DNA of 64,000 bases from Escherichia phage vB_Eco_Jura, in the sequence record LR999871. One strand, given 5' to 3'. The position numbers were made by a program, and so were the translations under genes. Under the pieces are notes generated by a model, which made no database searches, was not told where the DNA came from, and saw only the letters and a program-made list of their open reading frames with translations. Below, one piece after another: positions 11,201 to 20,842 of the stretch (its first letter is position 1; the number at the start of each line of letters is the position of its first letter).

Positions 11201-12785
11201 TTGCTTCAACAGCATCACGAATAGTAACTTCTGCTTCTGGTGCTTGAGCCATAGCTTCTTGTGCTGCCTGTGCAACATAGTCATCAGCAACAGGAGATGC
11301 TTCTTCATTCTGCTTCATAACCCGTTCACCACGAGCTACCAAAGTGTTCTTAATAGGAGAAACAACCTTACCTGCTACACTACCAGCAGCTTTAACACCA
11401 GCCATTGTGGTACGCAATACAGGAGCAGTTGCAGCACCTGCTAAACGAGCAGCACCAGCCGGAGCCTGTACAACACCAGCAGAACCAAAGCCATAAAGAG
11501 CACCTAAACCAGCTTGTGTACCGACACCTTTAAGCAGGTCTTGGTTCTTATCAATGTTTTGTTGCTGTGCAATATTCTGAGCCAGTTGGCCTGTAGCACC
11601 CTGAACACCTTCTTCCACTGTTTCACGGGCAAGGTTCATACCTACAGCACCTAAAGAACCAGCACGGAAAGGAGCCATCTCAAAACGAGATACTAGAGGA
11701 CCAGTTGCAGCAGCAATAGGTAATTGAATAGCAGCAGCAGTAAGACCAGTTTCAGATGCAGTCTGACGACGAGCCTGTTCTGGAGACATACCATCTTTAA
11801 TATGTTGTTGATAAACAGGAGACTTCTCTAAGTCTTTAAGACTCATCTTCATAATTTCATCAGCAGTTTGTTGGTATGCACCACCAGCTTCCATTGCACC
11901 AACACCAACCATACCTGGTGCAGCTCTGCCTACAGTAGAAGCAATACGAGCCAGTGACTGAGTACCAGTACCTGCATCAATAGCACCAGCCAATGCAGCA
12001 CTACGAAGAGTATTTGCTGGAACAACTGCTTTACCCAGTAAAGATGCACCCCTTAATACAGGACCAGCACCTAATAGAGAACCTACCCCTTCTGCTAACC
12101 CATCAGAAATAATAGAGTCAGTTTGAGCAGCGTTCTCAATTGAACCTACAAAATCACGTCCAAATTTAGATAAGGAAGCTACTATGTCATTAGTGCCTTC
12201 TTTCTTATCTGTTTGATACTGACGTTCACTCTCTACTTCACTCATTAAGTTACGAGCAGCAAAGAGCTTACGTTTATCTTGTAATGCTTGGCTTTGGGTA
12301 GCATGGACAGCATCATTAAACTTACTCAATTGTTGAGCAATGACAGCACCTGCATCATCGTTGAGTAAGCCTGCTCCAAGAGCACCAATGCCCCCAAGGG
12401 TATTAACAAAACCAAGACCAACACCAGTAGCAATATCCCCCAGTTCTTCCCCAGGAGTTCTTGTAGTAATCGAATCATTGAATACTTGGTTCCCTGCATC
12501 AGCACGAGCGTTGATAAGTTGTAAGCCTTGCTCAACACCATACTTATTCATGATTTGCATTGGAGTCAGATTCATAAAATCTGATTGCACTGTCCCTGGT
12601 TCAAATGCATTAGCCCCAACATTACCAGTACGGGCAGCTTGCATTTGATAAGCAGCATCAGGAGAAACAAGAGGAGTAGTGACACCTTGTTCAGCTTTCT
12701 TCTGGGCGGTTGCAGTAGAGACGTCAACTTGCTTTGCATTGGTTACGCTGTCTGCGAACCCAGCCAGTCTATCAAATACTGACAT
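2283..12785 (-). CDS. Virion RNA polymerase (giant vRNAP, N4 gp50-like), 3500 aa
   Basis: ATG at 12785 with AGGAAA RBS (track ORF begins at TTG 12803); T7-like motif A (YVEADGVTNGPINAMM) and motif B (TITIYGSGARGIAGK) in the central region; size and position match N4-type vRNAP. Confidence 0.9.
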   Translation of the reverse strand: MSVFDRLAGFADSVTNAKQVDVSTATAQKKAEQGVTTPLVSPDAAYQMQAARTGNVGANAFEPGTVQSDFMNLTPMQIMNKYGVEQGLQLINARADAGNQVFNDSITTRTPGEELGDIATGVGLGFVNTLGGIGALGAGLLNDDAGAVIAQQLSKFNDAVHATQSQALQDKRKLFAARNLMSEVESERQYQTDKKEGTNDIVASLSKFGRDFVGSIENAAQTDSIISDGLAEGVGSLLGAGPVLRGASLLGKAVVPANTLRSAALAGAIDAGTGTQSLARIASTVGRAAPGMVGVGAMEAGGAYQQTADEIMKMSLKDLEKSPVYQQHIKDGMSPEQARRQTASETGLTAAAIQLPIAAATGPLVSRFEMAPFRAGSLGAVGMNLARETVEEGVQGATGQLAQNIAQQQNIDKNQDLLKGVGTQAGLGALYGFGSAGVVQAPAGAARLAGAATAPVLRTTMAGVKAAGSVAGKVVSPIKNTLVARGERVMKQNEEASPVADDYVAQAAQEAMAQAPEAEVTIRDAVEATDATPEQKVAAHQYVSDLMNATRFNPENYQEAPEHIRNAVAGSTDQVQVIQKLADLVNTLDESNPQALMEAASYMYDAVSEFEQFINRDPAALDSIPKDSPAIELLNRYTNLTANIQNTPKVIGALNVINRMINESAQNGSLDVTEESSPQEMQNVALAAEVAPEKLNPESVNVVLKHAADGRIKLNNRQIAALQNAAAILKGAREYDAEAARLGLRPQDIVSKQIKTDESRTQEGQYSALQHANRIRSAYNSGNFELASAYLNDFMQFAQHMQNKVGALNEHLVTGNADKNKSVHYQALTADREWVRSRTGLGVNPYDTKSVKFAQQVALEAKTVADIANALASAYPELKVSHIKVTPLDSRLNAPAAEVVKAFRQGNRDVASSQQKADSVNQVKETPVTKQEPVTSTVQTKTPVSEPVKTEPTTKESRPQAIKEPVSQSEKRDVNLTNEDNIKQPTESVKETETSAKESTVTEELKEGIDAVYPSLVGTADSKAEGIKNYFKLSFTLPEEQKSRTVGSEAPLKDVAQALSSRARYELFTEKDVANPAFNGEVIKRYKELMEHGEGIADILRSRLAKFLNTKDVGKRFAQGTEANRWVGGKLLNIVEQDGDTFKYNEQLLQTAVLAGLQWRLTATSNTAIKDAKDVAAITGIDQALLPEGLVEQFDTGMTLTEAVSSLAQKIESYWGLSRNPNAPLGYTKGIPTAMAAEILAAFVESTDVVENIVDMSEIDPDNKKTIGLYTITELDSFDPINSFPTAIEEAVLVNPTEKMFFGDDIPPVANTQLRNPAVRNTPEQKAALKAEQATEFYVHTPMVQFYETLGKDRILELMGAGTLNKELLNDNHAKSLEGKNRSVEDSYNQLFSVIEQVRAQSEDISTVPIHYAYNMTRVGRMQMLGKYNPQSAKLVREAILPTKATLDLSNQNNEDFSAFQLGLAQALDIKVHTMTREVMSDELTKLLEGNLKPAIDMMVEFNTTGSLPENAVDVLNTALGDRKSFVALMALMEYSRYLVAEDKSAFVTPLYVEADGVTNGPINAMMLMTGGLFTPDWIRNIAKGGLFIGSPNKTMNEHRSTADNNDLYQASTNALMESLGKLRSNYASNMPIQSQIDSLLSLMDLFLPDINLGENGALELKRGIAKNPLTITIYGSGARGIAGKLVSSVTDAIYERMSDVLKARAKDPNISAAMAMFGKQAASEAHAEELLARFLKDMETLTSTVPVKRKGVLELQSTGAGAKGKINPKTYTIKGEQLKALQENMLHFFVEPLRNGITQTVGESLVYSTEQLQKATQIQSVVLEDMFKQRVQEKLAEKAKDPTWKKGDFLTQKELNDIQASLNNLAPMIETGSQTFYIAGSENAEVANQVLATNLDDRMRVPMSIYAPAQAGVAGIPFMTIGTGDGMMMQTLSTMKGAPKNTLKIFDGMNIGLNDITDASRKANEAVYTSWQGNPIKNVYESYAKFMKNVDFSKLSPEALEAIGKSALEYDQRENATVDDIANAASLIERNLRNIALGVDIRHKVLNKVNLSIDQMAAVGAPYQNNGKIDLSNMTPEQQADELNKLFREELEARKQKVAKAKAEVKEEIVSEKEPVNPDFGMVGREHKASGVRILSATAIRNLAKISNLPSTQAATLAEIQKSLAAKDYKIIYGTPTQVAEYARQKNVTELTSQEMEEAQAGNIYGWTNFDDKTIYLVSPSMETLIHELVHASTFEEVYSFYQGNEVSPTSKQAIENLEGLMEQFRSLDISKDSPEMREAYVDAIATIEGHLSNGFVDPAISKAAALNEFMAWGLANRALAAKQKRTSSLVQMVKDVYQAIKKLIWGRKQAPALGEDMFSNLLFNSAILMRSQPTTQAVAKDGTLFHSKAYGNNERLSQLNQTFDKLVTDYLRTDPVTEVERRGNVANALMSATRLVRDVQSRGFNMTAQEQSVFQMVTAALATEAAIDPHAMARAQELYTHVMKHLTVEHFMADPDSTNPADRYYAQQKYDTISGANLVEVDAKGRTSLLPTFLGLAMVNEELRSIIKEMPVPKADKKLGNDVDTLLTNAGTQVMESLNRRMAGDQKATNVQDSIDALSETIMAAALKRESFYDAVATPTGNFIDRANQYVMDSIERLSETVIEKADKVIANPSNVAAKGVAHLAKLTAAIASEKQGEIVAQGVMTAMNQGKVWQPFHDLVNDIVGRTKTNANVYDLIKLVKSQISQDRQQFREHLPTVIAGKFSRKLTDTEWSAMHTGLGKTDLAVLRETMSMAEIRDLLSSSKKVKDEISTLEKEIQNQAGRNWNLVQKKSKQLAQYMITGEVGNNLLRNAHAISRLLGERITNSPVADVAAIDKLTTLYSLELMNKSDRDLLSELAQSEVEGMEFSIAYMVGQRTEEMRKAKGDNRTLLNHFKGYIPVENQQGVNLIIADDKEFAKLNSQSFTRIGTYQGSTGFRTGSKGYYFSPVAARAPYSQGILQNVRNTAGGVDIGTGFTLGTMVAGRITDKPTVERITKALAKGERGREPLMPIYNSKGQVVAYEQSVDPNMLKHLNQDNHFAKMVGVWRGRQVEEAKAQRFNDILIEQLHAMYEKDIKDSSANKSQYVNLLGKIDDPVLADAINLMNIETRRKAEELFGKDELWVRRDMLNDALGYRAASIGDVWTGNSRWSPSTLDTVKKMFLGAFGNKAYHVVMNAENTIQNLVKDAKTVIVVKSVVVPAVNFLANIYQMIGRGVPVKDIAVNIPRKTSEINQYIKSRLRQIDAEAELRAAEGNPNLVRKLKTEIQSITDSHRRMSIWPLIEAGEFSSIADAGISRDDLLVAEGKIHEYMEKLANKLPEKVRNAGRYALIAKDTALFQGIQKTVEYSDFIAKAIIYDDLVKRKKKSSSEALGQVTEEFVNYDRLPGRFRGYMESMGLMWFYNFKIRSIKVAMSMIRNNPVHSLIATVVPAPAMFGNVGLPIQDNMLTMLAEGRLDYSLGFGQGLRAPTLNPWFNLTH

Positions 12786-12844
12786 AGTAGGTTTCCTATA
12801 CAAACTTATATCTATTAGAAATCACACTATACCTAGTGTAAGGA

Positions 12845-12870
12845 CGAGAAAAAAGCCCCGAAGGGCTTTT
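12845..12870 (-). terminator. Hairpin plus T-run upstream of the vRNAP gene
   Basis: GCCC-cgaa-GGGC hairpin with T-run on minus strand. Confidence 0.45.
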
Positions 12871-12885
12871 GTATTATGGTAGAAA

Positions 12886-14820
12886 TTAACGAGGAAATAT
12901 ATCAGGGATACCCAATCGACGCCCGGCATCTCTGCCTAAACTTCTCCGGTTTGCCTCGCTCTCTTCCTGTTTAATATTTTGTAGGCTCTTAATATCCAAA
13001 TTCTGAGGGTCAGCAGCTACAGCACTACGAGCACCATCAAGAAGACGTTTAGCAGTGTTAACTCGCTCCTGATAGCGAGGTAGTACACTTCTAAGGTTTT
13101 CCTGACCGGTTTGAATACGACGCTGTACTTCACGTAAATCAGCAAGTGCAGTATCTAACGTATTCTGTGCTGCATAGATGTTTGATTGAATTTGTGCAGT
13201 AAGCTGATTACGAGCATTCTGTTCAATAGCAGTACCAGTAGTTGCAAGTTTTGCATTTGCTTCTACGGCTGCTTTATCCAGTTGGTAATCACCACCCAAA
13301 TCAATAACATCAGTATCAAAGGCATTTCGAATACCACTAAACCATCCCTCTGGTTTACCAGTGATACTACGTTGAATGATTGCTCCTGCCATAGCGGGAG
13401 AAATAGCATTCTGTTTTGCTACCTCATTGATTTGTCGAACCAGTGCACCTTGGTTAATACCTTTCAATTCGTTGCTATCAATAATACGTTTAGCTACCTG
13501 ACCAGTCGTAGAAGGGTCAACAGTAGCTGCTTGGTATTCTGGCAGCAGAGTATTACCAATATTCTGCATATTACGAGTACCAACAGTATTACCAGCAACA
13601 GAAGTGAATGCTTGTTCCTGTAATGGATTAATAGAATTACCTGTTTCTGCTTGAGCAATGTAATCCTTCATTTCATCCCATGACAAGTTCTTATAAGCAC
13701 CAGGAGTATCATCTGGTAAAGCAGCCCATGTACTCTTCAAATTACCATTCTTACGAGCATTAAAAATAGCTTCACCCAGTTTGTCTTGGTTTTCTGGAGA
13801 CATAGGAATGTTCTGCCAATCTTCACCAAATACCTTTGGAGCAAAGTCTTTAAGGGTATCTTGGTTAATCTGGTATGCACCAACAGGAGAAGCACCTAGT
13901 GTCTTCTTCATAGTGTCTTGATGCTGAACCACCTCACCTAAGTTCATCTGAGTAATAGGTACATCAGTTGGTGTGAACTTATAGGTAGTGTCATATGCAG
14001 AACCATTCCGAGTACCCTGAGTACCAGGAGGAGATAGAGATGCAGAACCAGTTCCCGGAGTATATGCACCTGGATATGCTCTATCTAACTGAGATAGTGC
14101 ACGACTTACTGCTCCTGGTGACATTTGGTCGAACGTACCCTCTGCAAGCATACGAGCATCGTCAGAACTGTATGCACCACGACGAATATTATTCAGTAAC
14201 TGCATAGCAGCCTGAGTATCCGCATCGTTACGCATATCAACACCTAAGTCGAATAAGCTACGACGTTGACCAATACCAGCAGTACCCTGTCCTTGAAGGT
14301 TGTTCATGTAGTCCATAACAACACCAGCAGGAAGGGTTTTTAATACATCCCCATACTGAGCCTGTGCTGCCTGAACCTTTCTTGGGTCACCAGATTGATA
14401 AGCCAGAGCCAATTCCTGTAATGCAGGGGCAGCAGCATCAGTAGCTGCATTTACCTTCATGGTTCTGTCATTACTGTATCGAGTGAAATCCAGATTTTGT
14501 TGTTTAGATGCTTGGTCTAACAGATTGCCAGCACGATTATCTAAGTTCTCCATAGTACGAGAAGAAATTAGAGAAGGGTCATAGCCAGCAAATAATGCTC
14601 CAGAAGCTAAGGCATTACGATACTCATTAGGGTCTTGGTAGCGCATGGCTTCAGCCATAATTGCATCACCAGCTTGCTGTCTTGCAGAGTTTCGAAAATC
14701 ACCTAATGCATTACTCAATCCGGCAGTGGCATTACCCAGCATATTGGAGAAAGTACGAATACTATCCCCAACACCAGAGAAAGAAGGAGCATCAACATTA
14801 CGCCATGTAATTTGAGCCAT
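12886..14820 (-). CDS. Virion protein (N4 gp51-like), 644 aa; weak lytic-transglycosylase-like stretch
   Basis: Synteny next to vRNAP; GAYQINQDTL resembles the SLT GLMQI motif only weakly. Confidence 0.6.
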   Translation of the reverse strand: MAQITWRNVDAPSFSGVGDSIRTFSNMLGNATAGLSNALGDFRNSARQQAGDAIMAEAMRYQDPNEYRNALASGALFAGYDPSLISSRTMENLDNRAGNLLDQASKQQNLDFTRYSNDRTMKVNAATDAAAPALQELALAYQSGDPRKVQAAQAQYGDVLKTLPAGVVMDYMNNLQGQGTAGIGQRRSLFDLGVDMRNDADTQAAMQLLNNIRRGAYSSDDARMLAEGTFDQMSPGAVSRALSQLDRAYPGAYTPGTGSASLSPPGTQGTRNGSAYDTTYKFTPTDVPITQMNLGEVVQHQDTMKKTLGASPVGAYQINQDTLKDFAPKVFGEDWQNIPMSPENQDKLGEAIFNARKNGNLKSTWAALPDDTPGAYKNLSWDEMKDYIAQAETGNSINPLQEQAFTSVAGNTVGTRNMQNIGNTLLPEYQAATVDPSTTGQVAKRIIDSNELKGINQGALVRQINEVAKQNAISPAMAGAIIQRSITGKPEGWFSGIRNAFDTDVIDLGGDYQLDKAAVEANAKLATTGTAIEQNARNQLTAQIQSNIYAAQNTLDTALADLREVQRRIQTGQENLRSVLPRYQERVNTAKRLLDGARSAVAADPQNLDIKSLQNIKQEESEANRRSLGRDAGRRLGIPDIFPR

Positions 14821-14830
14821 GTGATACCTC

Positions 14831-15283
14831 TTAACGAGTTAAGCGATTAGCTGCAATGTAAGCATCAGCCGTAGATTGGTCACGATTTTCTGCAACAGCA
14901 CGACTACGAGCACGGTCTTCCAGAGCAGTGTTATAGGACTTAATCTGGTTATTCAGATTAGTGTTAGTAACATCTTTAGCAAAAGAGAACTGATTCTTAG
15001 CTAACTTGTTAGCCTGTAATGCACCATAGATATTACCCAGTGCATTAAGACCACCTAACCCCAACTGGAAGGTAGGAATGTTCAGACCCAGTTGGTCAGT
15101 AAGCCCTTGAGTCTGTCCACCGGTATTCCCTGTAGCACCACCAGTAATGTTCTGAAGCCAGTCATTACTAAGGATGCCGGATTGCATAGGGTTATAGTTC
15201 ATGGTTGGGGTATTAAAGGAACCATATCCATAGCCAAAATTGCTTTGTGCAGATGGGGTTCCAAAAAGGAAATTAGTATCCAT
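14831..15283 (-). CDS. Small Gly-rich virion protein (N4 gp52-like), 150 aa
   Basis: ORF in structural operon; Gly/Asn/Thr-rich low-complexity composition. Confidence 0.55.
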   Translation of the reverse strand: MDTNFLFGTPSAQSNFGYGYGSFNTPTMNYNPMQSGILSNDWLQNITGGATGNTGGQTQGLTDQLGLNIPTFQLGLGGLNALGNIYGALQANKLAKNQFSFAKDVTNTNLNNQIKSYNTALEDRARSRAVAENRDQSTADAYIAANRLTR

Positions 15284-15296
15284 AAGGATTCTCCTG

Positions 15297-17954
15297 TTAC
15301 GTATCTAAATCAAGCTGCAACGTTATATCTGCAAAGTTGGTAATCATGTTGTTAGACATATCAGCTATATCATGACCAGTCATAAGAGTACGGCTAAGGA
15401 ATGAATCCAGTGGTTCAAATTGTTGGCCTACATTAGTTAGGTTCATTGGGTCAATGTAACCCATGCCCTCAGTGCCAAACATTTCCTCGTACTTTTCCTG
15501 AATGGTTTTCATCTGGTCACGGTACTCTGCCATAAGTTTCTCTGTCTTTTTGACAGTTTCCATAGCAGAAGCATTGATGTAATCACTTATGCCATTTCCT
15601 ACAGATGAAGTGAGTTTAATGATGTTGTCTGCTTTCATCATTTCACCCAGCATCGTAGACATGGATGAACCAGTGGATAAAGCTGTGCCGACATTCATGG
15701 CTACCATAGAGGCAATAGTAGCAACAATGATTCCAATCTTATCCCCAAGTAGACTAACAGAGACTGTTTGAATAATGGACATCAGAATCATAGCTGCAAT
15801 GGCATTAGCCACAGCCCCAACGATAATAGCAGCTAACCCTGCAAAACCTAATGCAGCACCAATAGAAGCAGCAGTACCCATTACCCCAGCACCAGCAGCA
15901 GGGGTAAAGAACACAGACACTACTACTGCAACAACAACCACTACTACTTTAAAGATGCCAGACTGATACCATTTCTTCTTAACTTTCTTATATGAGTTAA
16001 GAACCAGATAACAACATGCTGTAGATAACTGAGTACCATTTACCAAAGACATACTACGGTAAATGTTGTTATGAAGAGGGATGATAAATCCAGACTCTTC
16101 ATCATCATTTAGTGCATCTACACCAGAAATGCTTACAGATTTATTCTTGTAAACATTATTGTTATGGTTCAGGCCATAGACAGAAATCTTCCTCCATGAA
16201 TTATCCCCATCCTGCCAATACATTGTTATCTTATCTAGCCTGTAGATAGTAAACCCAACTTTGTCATTACCCTTTTCAGAGTACATAACAGCTTTCTGCA
16301 TAAGGACTACAGTACCTTCATAAGCAAACTTGAGCTGCCCTTTCTTGGCTCCAGAGAATGCTTTACCTGAACCAACGGACTCTTCAATGAAGTTCCAACT
16401 AATAGTCATGTTGTAACGGTATCCACCGTTAGAACGGATATTAATGGATTTAGAAGGTATTGTTGGGTATACGGGTCTTTTAGGGGGCTTCCCTATGGGA
16501 ATATCCCTATTACCACTACGAGATTCCCACCATTCCTGGTAAGCATCAAAGTCCCTGTTAGCCTGAGCAAAGCCTTCTACCAAAGCATCCATAGTTGGGT
16601 AGTTTGGGTCAGCAGGCATTGACTGATTCACTAACTGGAAGAATCTGTAGATGTACTCTTTAGCTGTATTTTCAGGGCTATTAAGAGAACAACCAAATAC
16701 AGCATAGATATACTGAATATCACCAATATCTTTGTTCTTCTTCAGGTCATCCATAATGTCAGAAATCTTACCCCCTGTAGCCTTCTTAAAGGCTTTCTTA
16801 CAAAGAGTATATGTAGAACCAGAAATCCAGTTCTTATCACTACGGATAGGGATGAATGAATAGAATCTGTTATTGGTCGTCTTATTAATAAACAGAGCAT
16901 CAAGGACGGCATTACCACTGTTCTGTTTATAAATAAACAATTGAGGCATACCACCAGCAGACATAGTAGTAACTACATCTGTATTCTGATAAGACCATGT
17001 ATAACCTAAAGTATCTGTAGTTACTGTAGTAGTTCTGGTTTCAGTAACCCCACCACCTAAATCAATAACTTCAGTGTTTGTAGTGGAACCAGTGGATACA
17101 GTGCCAGTCTGTACCTGGGTCATTGTAGTCTTACGAATAATGATTAAGCCTACTTCACTTGGTTCACGAAATTCTTTCTCGTAAACATCTGAGAAATTAG
17201 TCCAACTAACCTGTTCTTCTTCAGTATTGGTACTTTCCTCATCAGGTCTGCCATCAGAGAATACACTCTTAATATGAGTAACTGTCTTCAGGGTAGCTGA
17301 CTTAGGAGTATGGTTCTGAGATACCTGAGTCCATTCAGAAGTAGAAGGTAAGTCATCAGCAGATGATACAGATACAGCAGGGTGAACCACTGGGTCTGCA
17401 ACACTAGTAGGCTGTATGTAGTAATAGTTCACATACAGATACATTGCATCCTGACTGAAATTCTCTGGGTAAAAGGATAACTCACTACCATCAGTAGCAG
17501 TGAGTACAATCCTGTCATCATCCATGATGTCTATTTCAAACTCTTCAGTAATACGGTCTGGATAATTCTCATAGAGGAATTTATCAGCCCATTCCTCAAA
17601 ATCACCAAATCCAATCCTACTGCTCTGAACCTGTACCTCATAACCTGCTTTTTGAGGAACTTGCCATTTAACTACTTCAGGGTCTATCTGAGACAGTATT
17701 GACAAGTTCCCGTAAGCAATACCAATTGAAGGGTCATAGTTAGTTGCAGCCCAACCAGGGAATCTACGTAAACGAATACCAGGTCCATTTAAATAAGAGT
17801 CAGTGATGGTATCACCCATACTAAAGTCAGATTTACTGACGATGTTACCAATCACCGTAGTCTTTAAATAATTTGGACGTTTATGTATATCCCCTGCCAA
17901 ATTGTAGACAGAGGATGCTACGTAGATTTTAGTCTTACTGCTAAACAGTCCCAT
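15297..17954 (-). CDS. Large virion protein with multi-pass hydrophobic region (N4 gp53-like), 885 aa
   Basis: About 100-aa run of predicted TM helices (VVVVVVAVVVSVFF...AGAGVMGTAASIGAALGFAGLAAIIVG...); synteny. Confidence 0.65.
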   Translation of the reverse strand: MGLFSSKTKIYVASSVYNLAGDIHKRPNYLKTTVIGNIVSKSDFSMGDTITDSYLNGPGIRLRRFPGWAATNYDPSIGIAYGNLSILSQIDPEVVKWQVPQKAGYEVQVQSSRIGFGDFEEWADKFLYENYPDRITEEFEIDIMDDDRIVLTATDGSELSFYPENFSQDAMYLYVNYYYIQPTSVADPVVHPAVSVSSADDLPSTSEWTQVSQNHTPKSATLKTVTHIKSVFSDGRPDEESTNTEEEQVSWTNFSDVYEKEFREPSEVGLIIIRKTTMTQVQTGTVSTGSTTNTEVIDLGGGVTETRTTTVTTDTLGYTWSYQNTDVVTTMSAGGMPQLFIYKQNSGNAVLDALFINKTTNNRFYSFIPIRSDKNWISGSTYTLCKKAFKKATGGKISDIMDDLKKNKDIGDIQYIYAVFGCSLNSPENTAKEYIYRFFQLVNQSMPADPNYPTMDALVEGFAQANRDFDAYQEWWESRSGNRDIPIGKPPKRPVYPTIPSKSINIRSNGGYRYNMTISWNFIEESVGSGKAFSGAKKGQLKFAYEGTVVLMQKAVMYSEKGNDKVGFTIYRLDKITMYWQDGDNSWRKISVYGLNHNNNVYKNKSVSISGVDALNDDEESGFIIPLHNNIYRSMSLVNGTQLSTACCYLVLNSYKKVKKKWYQSGIFKVVVVVVAVVVSVFFTPAAGAGVMGTAASIGAALGFAGLAAIIVGAVANAIAAMILMSIIQTVSVSLLGDKIGIIVATIASMVAMNVGTALSTGSSMSTMLGEMMKADNIIKLTSSVGNGISDYINASAMETVKKTEKLMAEYRDQMKTIQEKYEEMFGTEGMGYIDPMNLTNVGQQFEPLDSFLSRTLMTGHDIADMSNNMITNFADITLQLDLDT

Positions 17955-17957
17955 GTA

Positions 17958-18866
<909 letters not shown>

Positions 18867-18879
18867 TCATTGGTTCATT

Positions 18880-18915
18880 AAAAGAAAACGGCTCACGGTT
18901 TTACCCAGTGAGCCG
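18880..18915 (-). terminator. Rho-independent terminator (minus strand)
   Basis: 8-bp stem CGGCTCAC/GTGAGCCG followed by T-run on minus strand. Confidence 0.55.
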
Positions 18916-18936
18916 TGCTGACTTACAGATTAACTC

Positions 18937-19563
18937 TTATTGCGAGTCTACGCTACCAGCAGCAATCTGAGCAGCAGCCAGAGTTTGCAATTCTTCCTTA
19001 GTCAGTGGAGGCAGAACTTCAATGGCAAACTCACGTACCCATGCAGACGTAATATTAGGCTGACCATTCTTACCTTTGGTAACTCGAATGTTCAGGAACT
19101 TACGTTCTTTGAGGAAGTTATAAATACAGTAAGGGATGTGATAGCCCTCATCAGTAGCTTCACCAAATGGAACGAATTTACGAACAGTACCAATATATTC
19201 GTTAGCTACTGTAATAATCTCACCAGGCAGGTCTTTCTTCTTAGGGTCAAGGTTCTGAATACGTACTCGAACCAGCTTTAATTGTTCTAAGCGTTGCTGG
19301 TGACGTAAAGAAGTTGCCGTAGTTACTGTACCTGTAGACAGAGCCAGAGGATTAGGCTGAGGTTCTACTGGTTCCTGAGCTTTATTTTCCTGTGCTGCTT
19401 CAATCTTCTTACGAAGAGTTTCAGCACTAATATTATTTGAGTATGAAATACCCATCATATTAGCTCGTTGTTTCAGCAGAGAAAGTTCATCAACCTTAAC
19501 TTCATCAACGGTGTCATCGTTGCCCTGAGTTAAATCAGCGGTCGGTTTATCGTTAATGCTCAT
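18937..19563 (-). CDS. Structural module protein (N4 gp55-like), 208 aa
   Basis: ORF directly downstream of the capsid gene; synteny. Confidence 0.55.
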   Translation of the reverse strand: MSINDKPTADLTQGNDDTVDEVKVDELSLLKQRANMMGISYSNNISAETLRKKIEAAQENKAQEPVEPQPNPLALSTGTVTTATSLRHQQRLEQLKLVRVRIQNLDPKKKDLPGEIITVANEYIGTVRKFVPFGEATDEGYHIPYCIYNFLKERKFLNIRVTKGKNGQPNITSAWVREFAIEVLPPLTKEELQTLAAAQIAAGSVDSQ

Positions 19564-19625
19564 GTGTATATATCCTATTCATAAAGTAAGGGGAGGTTTC
19601 CCTCCCCCTGATGTTAGCCCAACTA

Positions 19626-20831
19626 TTACAGCGGAGCTACAGTTTTAATAAGAGCCAGACGTTCTGGACGTTTAACCAGAATACCGTAGTACCATTTGAT
19701 GCTGGAGAAGCCAGTTTCACCATATGGGTCATTACGGTCAGCAGTTTCTTTACCAGGCATCTTAGTCATAACGGTAAATTTAAGTGACTTACCGTCAGTC
19801 TGGAAGCCAATGGAGGTAAAGGAATCATCACCTACTACCAGCATTGGGTAAACGTCATAGTGCTCTTGGCCAGATACCATAGAGGTACGGTAACCAGGGT
19901 TAGCTCCAGTAGCCTGTGCACCAGCACCCGCCCAGTGCAGCATCTCTGGAACCTGAATGATACGGAACTTATCAATAGAACCGACTTCACCATTCATGAT
20001 AGTACCTGCATCAGCATAGTGCTGAGTTTCGATAAAGGCTTTATTACCGAACAGGTCTTTCATTGCTTTCAGTTCTGGAACCAGTTCAGAACCTACATAC
20101 ATGACACGAGTAGCACCGATGACTTTAGTATCAATCATACGGGAACCAGTGATGATGGTAGTCTGAGTAGGAGTACGGTTCTCCGTCAGAATCTGGTCAA
20201 GACGCATCAGGTTCTTATAAGAAACTACAGACGGGGTAGAACCTTCACCAGTGATGGTGGAATCAGAAGTAGCAGCACCAGCATACAGAACAGTACCAGC
20301 AGCAGCCAGCAGGTCTTTTTGCAGTACAGCTTCAGTAATCTGAGTAGCACCATTCATCAGTTCACGGGACAGGTGTTCCATCAGGCCATCATCAGAATCG
20401 AAGTCAATAGATTCCTGAGTGAACTCATAGAAGAAGCCAAACTTGTGAATAGAACCTTCACGAGCAATACGAGTAAAGCCAACACGGTTAACTCGACCAC
20501 CGTTTTCAGTCAGTAGAGGCAGTTTGGAGGTAATGTTACCGATGTCTTTGCTGGAACCATACAGGTTACCGTTAACGATGGTAGCACCACTTGCATCAAT
20601 ACCCTGGTCATTGATGTTACGGTCATCCAGCAGAGGAACATATTCATATACCTTGATGGTCTTACCGTAATGCTTCGGCATGTTAGTTACAGAGGCCAGT
20701 GGCATGAAGTACTGCTCTTTACGGGCAGTGATGATTGCTTTCTTCAGCCAGAAGAAGGTTTGCATCTGGTCAGAGTTAGCACCATCAATACTAGATTTCT
20801 GACCGTCAATAGGAGCGTTATAGTTCAACAT
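19626..20831 (-). CDS. Major capsid protein (N4 gp56-like), 401 aa
   Basis: Follows portal and acidic scaffold-like gene; size typical for N4-type capsid protein; synteny-based. Confidence 0.7.
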   Translation of the reverse strand: MLNYNAPIDGQKSSIDGANSDQMQTFFWLKKAIITARKEQYFMPLASVTNMPKHYGKTIKVYEYVPLLDDRNINDQGIDASGATIVNGNLYGSSKDIGNITSKLPLLTENGGRVNRVGFTRIAREGSIHKFGFFYEFTQESIDFDSDDGLMEHLSRELMNGATQITEAVLQKDLLAAAGTVLYAGAATSDSTITGEGSTPSVVSYKNLMRLDQILTENRTPTQTTIITGSRMIDTKVIGATRVMYVGSELVPELKAMKDLFGNKAFIETQHYADAGTIMNGEVGSIDKFRIIQVPEMLHWAGAGAQATGANPGYRTSMVSGQEHYDVYPMLVVGDDSFTSIGFQTDGKSLKFTVMTKMPGKETADRNDPYGETGFSSIKWYYGILVKRPERLALIKTVAPL

Positions 20832-20842
20832 GTCTCAATTCC

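Noticed and set aside
2454-12782. Numerous 60-140-aa ORFs within the vRNAP gene, mostly on the opposite strand
   Set aside because: All are embedded in the 3500-codon vRNAP reading frame region, lack RBS context and have low-complexity biased composition typical of antisense frames
12886-14820. Lytic transglycosylase assignment for the gp51-like virion protein
   Set aside because: Only a weak GAYQI resemblance to the SLT motif without a recognisable catalytic Glu context; mentioned as a weak hint only
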